From Eledone cirrhosa (taxonomy: Eukaryota), in the NCBI GenBank assembly GCA_964016885.1, contig OZ024741.1, forward strand, positions 308,884,001 through 308,948,000: 64,000 bases of DNA, in the 5' to 3' direction. Of the stretch, positions 26,068 to 38,623 are shown piece after piece (within the stretch, counting starts at the first letter, position 1; the number at the start of each line of letters is the position of its first letter). Made by a program: the position numbers and the translations under genes. The notes under the pieces are model-generated. The model did not search any database, was not told where the DNA came from, and was given only the letters and a program-made list of their open reading frames with translations.

Positions 26068-26280
26068 GGGTGGTAGATTGGCAGAATTGATAGAGCATCA
26101 GACAAAATGCTTTATCGCATTTAGTTACAGCCCTTAATGTCTGTATTCAAATCTCTCCATGGTCAGCTTTACCTTTCATCCCTTTGGGGTTGATAAAATA
26201 AAGTTCCACTAAAGAACTGAGGTCAATTTGATTGACTTTCTCCCTCCCCAAATTACTTGTGCCTATGTTAGAAACATTAT
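26068..26280 (+). mobile_element. MetaSINE-like copy
   Basis: Head, Meta-like core and (ATT)n tail. Confidence 0.7.
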
Positions 26281-27049
26281 ATTATTTTCTATATATTATC
26301 ATGACCATGCCCCAGCTTGGCCACAACTGAATGTCAGAAATGAGTAAAAGACATTCTATATTTTATTTTGCTTCATGGATTAGTCAATAAGTAGAGGTTA
26401 TGCCCACATATAGCTATTTACAGGCCTTCCTTGATTTGGAGGTGAGATTGCTAGAGTTGATTGACCAAAATAATAAGCACATGTTTGTATATTTATATAT
26501 ATTGCCATCTGTAACTCTTAAAAATTTACAAACACTTGCATACAATGCATTTCCTATCTTACTCATGTTGCTGCAATAAAAAGGCTGCTTTCTAATCATA
26601 TGGTCCTGTGTTCTAATCCTATATTTGTACCTGTAAATAGTTATTTCTCCAAAGTTACTCATATATTTAATCCTGTATGTCATTTGTATAATGCTGAACT
26701 TTTATATATAGTAATTATAGCCTAGAAATGAATTATTAAAATCACTTCCATCCGTCAGTTATCAGCATAAATTATAGGGCTTCTCTTATGCAAACCATTA
26801 ATTTATCAAAAAGCAAATTTCTCAGTTTGTATGATTGTTCATATATTCAGTAATTCTGGCATACCAATCTTGGACTCCAAATATTTTATATGTTCAATAC
26901 TATTACCATTTTTATTGATGGCACTGATCCACTTATCTTTAACATAATGAAAGATGTTTTGAATGTTACACTTTAAACTATGGAATGAAATTGAAGACAT
27001 AATAAAATGACTTTATGAAGATCTCTAAATTTATGCATCAAAATAGAAC

Positions 27050-27215
27050 TAAGAGTATCTCCCTTTGTAATGGCTCCATCAGTTAGAAATAGCAGTCAAA
27101 TCTTACTCTCTGCATCATCCAATGTAATGTGTACTTCCCTTTTTTATCATAGTAGAGAGTAAGATTTGGCTGCTATTTCTAACAGATGGAGCCACTACAC
27201 AGAGAGACACTCTTA
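27050..27215. mobile_element. Fold-back (hairpin) MITE
   Basis: 64-bp inverted arms (27050-27113 / 27152-27215, 7 mismatches), TA at both ends. Confidence 0.75.
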
Positions 27216-27444
27216 TTGATTTGTTATAAGGAAGGGTGTTGGTAGGTGATTGGAGGACAGAATTGGACAAAATGCTTTATAATATTTAGATGCATCCCTT
27301 TATGTTTTGAGGTCCACTTTGCTTTTCATCCTTTTGAGGCTTGGTAAATAAAAGGCCAGTCAAATACTGGGGACATTTCAATTTCAATTGACTAACCCAC
27401 CTAAAATAGTTAGCCTTGTGCCAATTTTAGAAATTATTATATAA

Positions 27445-28103
27445 CACTTGAGACCAAACTGCCTGAAACTAGCCCTGGTTTTATGGTTTTATGATACAGA
27501 GCTGTTTATTTTAAAGTGTTTATATTAATATAAAAAAAGACCTTCTATCAACATTTTATGTAGGAAACTTTGTTGTATACCAACTATTTCCATGTTACTT
27601 TTCTTTTTAATTTACCAATGATAATCTCGAGTGTCTTCGATAATTAATGGAATGAATTATTTGCCCAGTTTTATGCATTTTCTGCTTTGTATATGACACA
27701 ATTTTATCCTTATCAAAAGAATTTGTACTTCCTGATTCTATTATGTATATTTTATATATACTTTTCTTTGTTTTGAGTTCACTTAAATCCCTCCAATAAT
27801 TATTTGAAATTCATAGACATTCTTTCATTAGAAATATGGTAACTCTTTCATTACCATATTTCTAATGAAATACTCTACCTATGTTTCAGTTAATTTTCAA
27901 AATAACCCAGAATTTGAGAACATTTTGTAAAATAAATAACTTTTACATTATTAAGAAAGTGTATGGAGCATTACTTATTAAAAAGTTTTTGTATAAACAT
28001 GTTTTGGAAGATTTTAATACAAGGACAATAAATACTTTCAAATAAGCAGTTTTGTTTCATAGAAGCAGGGCCTGTTTCAGATGGTTTGTTATCAAAAAGG
28101 TTA
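27445..28103. mobile_element. Two family-B piggyBac-type MITEs joined head-to-head
   Basis: Minus copy ~27445-27842 and plus copy 27843-28103 (ends ATCAAAAAGG|TTAA); 20-bp perfect palindrome at the junction. Confidence 0.6.
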
Positions 28104-28271
28104 ATAAAAGTTTTTTAAATGTTTCCCCACAACCCCAGAGGCTCGTCAGGCTGGTGCTTTCATTGGTGTTATGTGACTGAGAGCACAGGACTCCCCTCTA
28201 AACAGGATGCCATCTACTGCTGGTACTCATTTCAGATTATTGGACTGAAATAACATCAAATGAAATGTTTT

Positions 28272-28471
28272 NNNNNNNNNNNNNNNNNNNNNNNNNNNNN
28301 NNNNNNNNNNNNNNNNNNNNNNNNNNNNNNNNNNNNNNNNNNNNNNNNNNNNNNNNNNNNNNNNNNNNNNNNNNNNNNNNNNNNNNNNNNNNNNNNNNNN
28401 NNNNNNNNNNNNNNNNNNNNNNNNNNNNNNNNNNNNNNNNNNNNNNNNNNNNNNNNNNNNNNNNNNNNNNN
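28272..28471. other. Assembly gap (200 N)
   Basis: Run of N. Confidence 1.
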
Positions 28472-28693
28472 GTATAGCATGCATATATATATATGCAAAT
28501 ATGTACATGCATGGGTGTGCATGAGTGTTTTTATATGTGTTTTTATATCTGTATACTGTCTGTGTATATGCTTGCATGTATGTGCACATATGCATACGTG
28601 TGTATATGCATGTGCATGTATGTAGAAGTGTGTATATATGTATACATGTATGTTGTATATAGAGAGTGAAATATATATGTATAAGCGTATATA

Positions 28694-28761
<68 letters not shown>

Positions 28762-28768
28762 CATTCAG

Positions 28769-28815
<47 letters not shown>

Positions 28816-28822
28816 CATTCAG

Positions 28823-28853
<31 letters not shown>

Positions 28854-28905
28854 AATGTGGGTATCTGTGTATGTATGTGAGTTTGTGTGTATGTGTGTAT
28901 GTGTA

Positions 28906-28973
<68 letters not shown>

Positions 28974-29948
28974 TGTGTGTGTGTGTGTACTAATGGATAC
29001 AGATATTACACCAAGTGAAGTCTCCTCTTTGATGTGTTTCTTGTTAATGGAGTCTTTTGAAACAAACCAGCTTTCCACCCCTCCCATCTCTTCTAGCACA
29101 ATAAAAAGCCAGCCATTCCTTGACTAAAAATGTCTTCCAGCACCTTCCGACCGCGCAACTCCGCACCAACACAGCCTTCACACCGCAGCACCGTACTGCT
29201 CTTTGCTGCTATCATGTAGCAAGCTTAGCATCGCTACCACTCTACACAAAACCTCATTGCCATCACACCACACCACACCAAGGATCACTGCAATCATATC
29301 ACACCACACCACATCACATCACACCACACACACCTCATCAAACTTCGCCGCCATCACACCACACTACTGTGTCACATCTCCAACACCTTTCGTACCTACT
29401 TTTCAACCAATCTTTTACCACCCCCCACTCACACCCCCGCCTTCACCTTGAGAGCCAACGGTTGACCTGTGCTAGAAACAGCAGCCACATCTTTTCCAAC
29501 TCGCACCCTACAGTATTTTATAAAGACAAATCACCTTCGAGTGTGTATTCCTGGAAAGTTTTTTTGTAATTACTCTGCTTGAGAGGGGTTGGCCTAGGGC
29601 TAAACAACAACAACAATAACGTTACTACTATCAATAAACACCAAATACGTGATTCAACAAGTGAGCCTCTATGATGTCACTCGATTTACTAGAAATGCCA
29701 GTCAAATCTCACCCCAGCTCCTGAAACACCGCTTATCGTCTTAGAAAACCAACATCTTACATAATATGGTATTAGGTTCTCGGCATATAGGCAAAGGAAA
29801 AGATAGTCACGGCTGGAATGTCTTTGATGATGGGTGCGATCGATTAGGAACAACATTAACAAGAACAACAAAAACAACAAACAACAAAATCATCATCAAC
29901 TAAAGCAACCCCTACATCCAAATAAGGGGGAACATATTACACACACTC

Positions 29949-30017
<69 letters not shown>

Positions 30018-30074
30018 AAAAAAGATGAAATCGAAAATGCAACTGGAGTCTTTTTGAGAATATTTATTTGTTTC

Positions 30075-30110
30075 CTTTACCGGTTTCACAGTTCTTATGC
30101 TTTTCAAAAG
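30075..30110 (-). ncRNA. Minimal type I hammerhead ribozyme, U3-A8 core variant
   Basis: CTT-TTGAAAA-GCA(taagaac)TGT-GAAA-CCGG-TA-AAG, followed by AATAAA. Confidence 0.6.
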
Positions 30111-30149
30111 TAGAATTGAGATGGAGCGTTTGTGGTTTTTCTCGTATCT

Positions 30150-30487
<338 letters not shown>

Positions 30488-33175
30488 TTCACTAATGGAT
30501 ACTGTGAGGCAGTCACTGTATTCAGTCAAACCAACAACCTATTAGTAGTTGGGCTCTATAGGCCACCCCAAACGCCTGTACCATGCTTCAAGGAATGCCT
30601 CAACAGCATAAAGTGTTTCATCCAAGAGTGTCACCCTGACAACATCTTAATGATGGGGGACTTCAACCTCCCCGGAGTTGACTGGTCCACAAACACCCTG
30701 CCACCGGGTTCTTCTGCCTCAACCTCTGACAGGGAAGCTGTGGAATCGCTTCTTGACTTCATGGATGATTTCTTCCTATCCCAACTAGTGCTCGAACCAA
30801 CGAGGTGCCACAAAAACGTCCTAGACTTAATTTTCAGCAATCACACTGACAATATCCACAATATTGCAGTGGAGAAAACTCTACTCTCTGATCATGACAT
30901 GGTTCTCTGTGATCTGAGATTCCACCGTCCAATATACAAACCCAATGTCATCTCTCCTGTCCATCCGTTTGACGCTATGGATTTCCACAATGCAAACTGG
31001 GAAGCGATCAGTCATGATCTTGCACATGTCGACTGGTCCTTCACGCACACTCATACACCCACTAACATCAAAAAGTCCTGGCAGACATTTGTGGACACTG
31101 TTACAAACATATGTGCTAAACACACCCCATTAAGAACTATAAACAAATCTAAGAGCAGAATCCCTAGAAATAGAAAAACGCTCATCAGAAAAATTAAGAG
31201 AACGAACAAAAAAATCAACAAGCTGAAATACTGTCAGCAGCAACACATCAACTTGACTGCCATTTCATCACTAGAGATTAAAAAACATAACCTCCAAAAC
31301 AACATAATGTCCCTCATCAACAATCAGAGAAGAGCTGAAGAGGCCTGGGCCATTGAGAAGATCAAACTCAATCCCAAAGTGTTCTTTTCATTTGCAAAAA
31401 AACACAAAATCACTGGCTCTACTGTTGGCCCTCTAATTGATGAAAATGGCACTCTTCAAGACAATGCTAAAACCATGGGTGAGATACTGCAGAAACAATA
31501 CTGCTCTGTTTTCAGCAATCCTGATATGGCCGATCTGGGCTGTATCGGCGATGTTACTCCCCATTACACCTTATCGGACATAACGTTTGGCGCCCCTGAT
31601 GTCTTGGCGGCAATAAAGGAAATCAAGCATAATTCAGCAGTGGGTCCCGATAGGTTCCCTGCTTGTGTCTTGAAGGCGTGTCAACACCAACTTGCTTCTC
31701 CTCTTGCCAATCTGTGGCGGAACTCACTGGATGCTGGATATGTGCCAGAAAACCTTCTATCCCAGTCTGTTGTCCCAGTTTTCAAAAAGGGAAACAAATC
31801 CCTTGCCGTGAATTACCGTCCAATCTCACTCACCTCTCATATCATTAAGGTATTTGAGCGAGTGGTGAGATCGCGAATGACCCACTTCCTTGAGAGTAAC
31901 AATATGCTGAACTCCAACCAGCATGGATTCCGTAATGGAAGGGATTGCCTGACGCAACTACTGCATCACTTTGATGACATTTTGAGAGCCTTGGGAGAGG
32001 GTTCCAACACTGATGTTATCTACCTTGATTTCAGCAAGGCCTTTGACAGGGTTGATCATAACATTCTACTGAGAAAGCTGTCCAATATTGGTGTCACTGG
32101 AAAGCTGCTGCAGTGGATCAAGAGCTTCCTGTCAAACAGAACCCAACATGTTGTAGTTGAGGGAGTCAAATCAAGCCCAGCCAAAGTCAGTAGTGGAGTC
32201 CCACAAGGCACTGTGTTGGGCCCACTTCTCTTCATCATCTATATTAATGACATCACTGACATCATCAAACACAGCAACATTAAAATTTTCGCTGATGATT
32301 CCAAGCTCCAAAAGGTCATCAATGGCGTGGATGACCGGATAAGCCTTCAGTCAGACCTACTGGCTGTTACCCAATGGGCAGAAAAGAACAACATGTTACT
32401 GAACGAAGACAAATTCGAACTGATCCACTTTGGAAAAGAGGATGCTCTGAAACTCCCGTACTCCCTTCCCTCCGGGGAAACTCTCGTGGCATCTAACAAC
32501 ATCAGAGACTTGGGAGTAACCGTGGACAGCAACATAAGCTGGACCACGCATATAAGCAGCAAAGTTGACATGGCCCGCAGAATGTGTTCCTGGATCCTCA
32601 GAACCTTCCAGTCGAGAGATTCCCGCACCATTATCCTTCTCTTCTCTACTTTCGCCCGACCACACCTTGAATACTGTTGTCCACTGTGGTCTCCCCACAC
32701 GAAACAAAGTATCATGAAACTTGAAGCTCCTCAAAGGGCAATCACGAAAAAGATAGATGGCATGTCAGACCTTGACTACTGGGGTCGATTGGAAAACCTG
32801 AAACTTTACTCACTCCAACGTCGCCGTGAGCGTTATATTATCTGCATGATGTGGAAAATGTTCCATCATCACTGCCCAAATGATGTTGGCATCGCCTTCA
32901 AGATACACCCAAGGCTTGGGCCCCGTGCTATCCGTCCCATTCAAAAATCTAAATCGCAACTCATAACAACAATACGGCACAATTATTTCACCTCAATCGG
33001 CCCTGCTCTCTTCAACATCACACCAGGACACGTCAAAACAGAAACTGACCACACAAAATTCAAGAAGTCTTTGGACAAATTCCTCCAAGTAATCCCGGAC
33101 AAACCACCCACACCCGGATATGTCTCCGCAAACAGTAATTCTCTTCTCGAATGGGCCATGGTGCCCAAATCCTGA
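30488..33175 (+). CDS. CR1/L2-group LINE ORF2 (C-terminal half of APE endonuclease plus complete reverse transcriptase), 5'-truncated, 895 codons without a stop
   Basis: APE motifs LYRPP, MGDFNLP, VLDLIF, SDH. RT motifs [47 protein letters not shown]. The ORF-track N-terminus (IYIY) is microsatellite read-through. Confidence 0.95.
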   Translation, partial: FTNGYCEAVTVFSQTNNLLVVGLYRPPQTPVPCFKECLNSIKCFIQECHPDNILMMGDFNLPGVDWSTNTLPPGSSASTSDREAVESLLDFMDDFFLSQLVLEPTRCHKNVLDLIFSNHTDNIHNIAVEKTLLSDHDMVLCDLRFHRPIYKPNVISPVHPFDAMDFHNANWEAISHDLAHVDWSFTHTHTPTNIKKSWQTFVDTVTNICAKHTPLRTINKSKSRIPRNRKTLIRKIKRTNKKINKLKYCQQQHINLTAISSLEIKKHNLQNNIMSLINNQRRAEEAWAIEKIKLNPKVFFSFAKKHKITGSTVGPLIDENGTLQDNAKTMGEILQKQYCSVFSNPDMADLGCIGDVTPHYTLSDITFGAPDVLAAIKEIKHNSAVGPDRFPACVLKACQHQLASPLANLWRNSLDAGYVPENLLSQSVVPVFKKGNKSLAVNYRPISLTSHIIKVFERVVRSRMTHFLESNNMLNSNQHGFRNGRDCLTQLLHHFDDILRALGEGSNTDVIYLDFSKAFDRVDHNILLRKLSNIGVTGKLLQWIKSFLSNRTQHVVVEGVKSSPAKVSSGVPQGTVLGPLLFIIYINDITDIIKHSNIKIFADDSKLQKVINGVDDRISLQSDLLAVTQWAEKNNMLLNEDKFELIHFGKEDALKLPYSLPSGETLVASNNIRDLGVTVDSNISWTTHISSKVDMARRMCSWILRTFQSRDSRTIILLFSTFARPHLEYCCPLWSPHTKQSIMKLEAPQRAITKKIDGMSDLDYWGRLENLKLYSLQRRRERYIICMMWKMFHHHCPNDVGIAFKIHPRLGPRAIRPIQKSKSQLITTIRHNYFTSIGPALFNITPGHVKTETDHTKFKKSLDKFLQVIPDKPPTPGYVSANSNSLLEWAMVPKS

Positions 33176-33259
33176 ATTGAAAGACTTCGCCAGGTGGTGC
33201 TATTAAGTTAGACATGGCCTGGGCCAATACTGGCCAAAACATTTCAAAGTTATTCAAAG

Positions 33260-33262
<3 letters not shown>
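30488..33262 (+). mobile_element. Young CR1/L2-group LINE inserted in (TA)n
   Basis: ORF2 plus an 87-nt 3' UTR with GGCCA-ATAC-TGGCC hairpin and terminal (TTCAAAGTTA)x2; (TA)n on both sides. Confidence 0.9.
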
Positions 33263-33523
<261 letters not shown>

Positions 33524-33719
33524 CAACAACAACGAAGAATATCAAAAGGAAAAAAAAGAATATATGCATGTATGCATGAACCCAACGACTCGTTAAAATA
33601 AAACTGATTAATTGATTGTGATTTTCAGCTATTAATTATGATAATTGTTTCTACTTTAGGCACAAGGCCAGCAATTACCCAGTGCATTACTGGTAATGAA
33701 TGAAATCTTCAAGTCAGCA

Positions 33720-34480
33720 CTACCCTGAAAATCACCGCGAATAAAGCCGACTCCCCACGCTACCCTTGTTGCCACGTGGGAACGGGAGAAACTATCGGTA
33801 TGACAAGCAAGTACTTCTTACATCACAATTACAAAGAGTATTGGTCATGATGTATCTGAACTCTCGGTTTACTCCGAGCAAGAATCAGTCGCCGTGAGAA
33901 GATTGCTCAGGAAATCGAATTATCCGCTTTCCCACCAGAAGACAGATTCTGGCTAGTCCTCCACTGGGACGGGGAATTATTACCATCAGCTTCCGGTGCT
34001 TCCCTAGAATACAGGATTGCAGTTTTATTTACAGGAAAAGGAGAGAGGGAAATCTTGTGTGTTCCGATTGCAAGATATGGAACCAGACAACATATCACTG
34101 AAGTTTTGAAGGAAATTCAACGACTCAAAATTGAGGATAGATAGTTCCAGGAACGTCGGGACTCCATCAAATAAGTCTCTTTATCAAACTCTCCTGGACG
34201 ATGATGAGCCTAAGAAAGATTTTTACAAGCAAAAGAGGAAGGAAATGGTTGAATATTTACTGACTGTACTGCTTTCTGGAGATCATGCCCCAAAAGACCA
34301 TACCGAGTTCATAAAGCTTTCGCTTCTCTATCCTCGCGGTAGGTCATCTCCCCAATTCTCCTTCTCAGTCCCAGGAACTTACCAGCTTGTTGGATGACTA
34401 AGGTAGTTCTGTTAAAAAAACAACTTGAGCTTAAACCACATGAGTCAAGAGATCTAGAAAAATTAATTTCCAGTTATAAA
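33720..34480 (+). pseudogene. DNA transposase remnant, hAT superfamily (probably hATm-like), internally deleted
   Basis: Manual translation LVLHWDGELL...YRIAVLFTG...EILCVP...YGT (~33953-34086) and PKDHTEFIKLSLLY...FSVPG (~34288-34377). These resemble the HWDGK...LLGVP...GTG and RDDY.E.LEL...F..PGA blocks. Confidence 0.6.
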
Positions 34481-35495
34481 TTCCATTCATAAAAAGTGTT
34501 TCTCTCTTTAATCCCAAAATGATTGCGTCTTTAGAATATCTTCTTTCTTATTTTTATTTCATTAGTCTGCTTATCATTTCCACAAGTTCCTCAAAGGACA
34601 ATCTATGATATTCTCGGCTCCATATGTAGAGCTAACTCTAGTCTCATAAAACCGGCTGCTATTTTTAGCGGCATGAGTATGAAACGCGCCAGGCACTGCA
34701 ACATGTGCTTTTATATCAACACATAGTTCAGTCTTCTTAGATCTTTTGAAGTGAACGGTACGAATTTCCTGGGTACCCGCAGAAGAGCACAGGAATGGTG
34801 GCTTTCACTTAATAATTCTTGCGAAACAGATTTAGATCTGTACGGGTATCAAAGGCAGTTGCCCGATATAGGTTTGTTATTTTTATTGATTTATTAATTT
34901 AAATCGAGACAGGCAAACCATATTGTTTTAAATTAGTATTTTTTTCAACCTAGCTAACTTGGTCATTTGCAATTAGAACACATATATACTTGTATCGGTG
35001 TTCACCCCTCTCATATATTCAATTGTATTACACGGCTCGGAAAGATTCTCTTCTTTGAGCTATTTAATTGTAAAAGACTATTTTGAGTTTCTAACTCAAT
35101 CTATGATATATATTTATATCTGTATCTTTGACCATTGGTCAGTCAATGATAAACATTGATGGCCAAATGAATTAACTATGGAGATATAAAAGATGCAGAA
35201 GTGAAAACCAACCAAACAGTGAGTGTGTTCAGTTATTATTTCTGGCAATATTATTACAACAAAATGACCTTCCCCAAGTATAACAATATATATGGCTGAC
35301 CGGGCTAGAAGCTGCTAAATGTTCGGCCGCCCTCATGTCTCTGCTTTTCAGCCCCATGGATTTTGTCTATTATATTCCTTTGTTATATTTAGAATACCTG
35401 ATGATGTCACCGGATTCATACTGAACCCGGTCATTTAAATGATTATAGTATAATAAACCTTTTAAGGAATTACACCAGTCCAGCCTCCTGTTATT

Positions 35496-35545
<50 letters not shown>

Positions 35546-35547
<2 letters not shown>

Positions 35548-37384
35548 GATATACCAACTAGATCGCCCACTCTGTCCACCGCCTGCCAACCGCGAGCTTG
35601 AAGAAAAACTCTCGAGACTAAAACATTCCGTATTTAACATCTTACGGAAACAGAAGAAGATAGCCCCAAACCTCTCCAGGACACAACAACTCGCCCTGAA
35701 GAACCTACGGAATAGGGAACTTATATACTTACCATCCGACAAAGGTAAAGAGTTTTGCGTCATCTCTCAAGCCACATACAATAACCTAGCCTTCGAACAC
35801 CTAAGCGACAGTGAATTATACACAGTGATCCCGGACATGACTGCAGCCCAGATCGAAAAACAGACCAACTCCATTTGGTTCGATATCTGTAGGAGAAGAC
35901 AACTCCCAAATAAAGTTAAGCTCAACTACACCACTAGAAATAGCAGACTGCCCACTTTCTACCACCTAATCAAGACCCACAAGAATAGTACTAAGACGCA
36001 AATAAGACCCATCGTCTCTAGCATAGAAGGACCCCTATACAAAATTTCCTGGCTCCTCTCCCAGGTCCTCAAGCCTCTACTCTCCACTTTTCCCGGACAT
36101 GTTAGTAGCTCCGACGAGGTCATACGTAGACTACCACAACTCCAGCCAGAACAACTTAAACTAAATACATACGCTTTTAGCCTCGACGTTGTCTCCCTCT
36201 ACACTACAGTCCCCGCTCATCCAGCTGTCGATTTATTGACGGACTGCGTGGTCGCAGAGGACATCCACTGCTACGGCCTCCACCCGACGGACATACACCA
36301 GCTTTTGTCCTTCACAGTAGACAACACGTACTTCACCTTCCACCACCACACATACAGACAGACAACAGGATTATCCATGGGATCCAGCCTATCGGGCCTG
36401 CTGGCCATCACCTACGTGAACCAGCTAGAATGCCGAGCCCTTAACACCTGCCATTCCCATGCCTTCTTCACCCGATATGTACATGACATACTCATCCTTA
36501 CATCATCCCGTGAGGAGGCAGATAAAATATACACAACATTCTCCAGCATGGACGCCAGTATAAAGTTCAGCATGGAACACTCCGATGACCGCGGATCCCT
36601 ATCCCTACTGGACTTCCAACTCAGGGTAACAGAGGAAGACAACATCCACACCTGCTTCTATAAAAAAGCCGCCAGCAGGGACCTGTTCGTACATTTCAGA
36701 TCGGCCCTCCCACTCGGTGCCAAGTTCGGATACATAAGGAACGAACTGGCACGTATCCGGAACAAATGCACCAACGCTAGAGACCGAGACACACACACCA
36801 CACATTTCCTGGAAGTACTCAAACTGAACGGATACACGACATCCACCACAAACCGTGCCAGAAAGAACAGAGGACACCACACCCGAGGCTCTAACACTTG
36901 CTTCCTGAAGCTCCCACACTTCATTGAAGAAACAACAACAGTCATCCGCAGAGCCATCAGACGAGAGGGACTGGATATCCAACTGGCCCACTCGGGTCCT
37001 TCTCTGCGCGGACGGCTGGCCAAGAGACACTCCACCAGACATGACAACTGCTGCAGACTAGCCAACTGCCCCATCAACGACACAGACCTATGCCACCAGG
37101 CTTACGTCGTATACAGTCCAGAGTGTGACAAATGCAACAACTTCTACGTAGGTAGCACCACCAGACCACTCCACATAAGAATAAAAGACCACCTCAATAC
37201 TAACGCTTCCTCATTTAAGAAACACCTAGTTAAATGCAAAAACACCGACAAAACCATAACAGTTAGGATAGAAACTAAGGAAAGAAACCTCGGCAATCTT
37301 AGAATTAAGGAAGCACTAATTATAGATAAAACACAACCACCAATCAATAATAGACTAGAACTCAACACCCAATTTATAACCTGA
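35546..37384 (+). CDS. Penelope-like element ORF: RT plus C-terminal GIY-YIG endonuclease, 5'-truncated, catalytic YVDD changed to YVHD
   Basis: Frame is open from the (TA)n edge and includes the PLE-specific PSDKG. Motifs LPTFYHLIKTHK, IRPIVS, LDVVSLYTTVP, GLSMGS, RYVHD, a Cys-rich linker, and VVY..ECDKC..FYVGSTTRPL..RIKDH...IKEA. Confidence 0.92.
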
Positions 37385-37785
37385 TAGGGCTTCTAGCCCC
37401 ATATTTACACACCCCACACACACACACGCACGCGCACACACACATGCTTACACATCCACTTATTCTCTCTCACACATACACACACAAAACCAGTTCTAAC
37501 ACCAGATAACACCTATCCCCCACATTTACGAATAGACTTATCTTCTCACACTCACACACACACACTCACATACTTACACCTTCATACATTCTCCCACACA
37601 CTTATACAGGCATGTATATAAAATAAAATAAAAAAACCCTAAACAAACCCCTTTTAAAGGGAGACTACTCTTTATCCACCTAATTTTAACTCTTTGACAT
37701 TAGAGATAGAACAGATACTCTATACTATTTCCTGTCAGCATGGCTTAGCAAGATATTTAGAACGCTGGTTTGAGACCTTTATTTC

Positions 37786-37817
37786 CCTCTGAAGAAGAGA
37801 TATCTCGAAAATTAAGG
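37786..37817 (+). ncRNA. Minimal type I hammerhead ribozyme in the PLE 3' region
   Basis: CCT-CTGAAGA-A-GAG(ATAT)CTC-GAAA-AT-TA-AGG. Confidence 0.7.
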
Positions 37818-37931
37818 ACATTTAAATAAATCTAAGGTAAAGGACGAATTGTCAACAATATCTTTTACAATTGCATTATTTTTTCTATGTCCATACCTGC
37901 ATTGTTTTGGCTTTATTACACATATTCAAAC

Positions 37932-37991
<60 letters not shown>

Positions 37992-37997
<6 letters not shown>

Positions 37998-38050
37998 ACA
38001 TATATTTGTTAGAATGGTGTTGAAGTCTTTATACATTTTTGGGGGACACC

Positions 38051-38108
<58 letters not shown>

Positions 38109-38184
38109 GGTGTCCCCCAAAAATGTATAAAGACTTCAACACCATTCTAACAAATATATGTATACATTCTTTTGGGACACCCTG
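37992..38184. mobile_element. Tc1/mariner-type MITE (38106-38184) plus inverted partial duplicate (37992-38053) across (TA)n
   Basis: CAGGGTGTCCCCCAAAAATGTATA...TTTTGGGACACCCTG; the left piece is its reverse complement. Confidence 0.8.
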
Positions 38185-38579
38185 TATATATATAGAATAA
38201 CTTATACGAAGTCACCGATGGGTAGATTCTTAGCAAAGCAATCTAAAACAAGTACACTTCATTAGTACCCTTCCTTATCGGTAGATTCCTAGCAAAGCAA
38301 CTTAAAAGTAGCAGGCTTCACTATGTCTCCCTTTCTGTAGTTTCGAGAACCAAACGACAGCGTTGACCATCTTAATACGCTGAGACAATTATTGCTAGAA
38401 GAAGATTCTTTCATCAGAGGGTTACTGTGAAGGTATAAGAAAATAAATAAATAATTTCAAATTGTTAGTAAACGAATTCACTCCTTACCGATCCAGCATG
38501 GTGTACAAAACTGAATTAGATAAATTTTAGCGATCTTTTCCTTGAGATGTTCTGTATGTTGGTGAAAAATAACCTTCTG

Positions 38580-38615
<36 letters not shown>

Positions 38616-38623
<8 letters not shown>

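Larger units (their letters stand above)
35545..37935 (+). mobile_element. Penelope-like retroelement inserted in (TA)n
   Basis: ORF plus ~550-nt 3' region with a hammerhead and AATAAA (37825-37830); (TA)n on both sides. Confidence 0.88.

Noticed and set aside
35546-37384. Selenoprotein-encoding (Naiad-type) Penelope element
   Set aside because: There is no in-frame TGA within the ORF, and the GIY-YIG domain is C-terminal rather than N-terminal.
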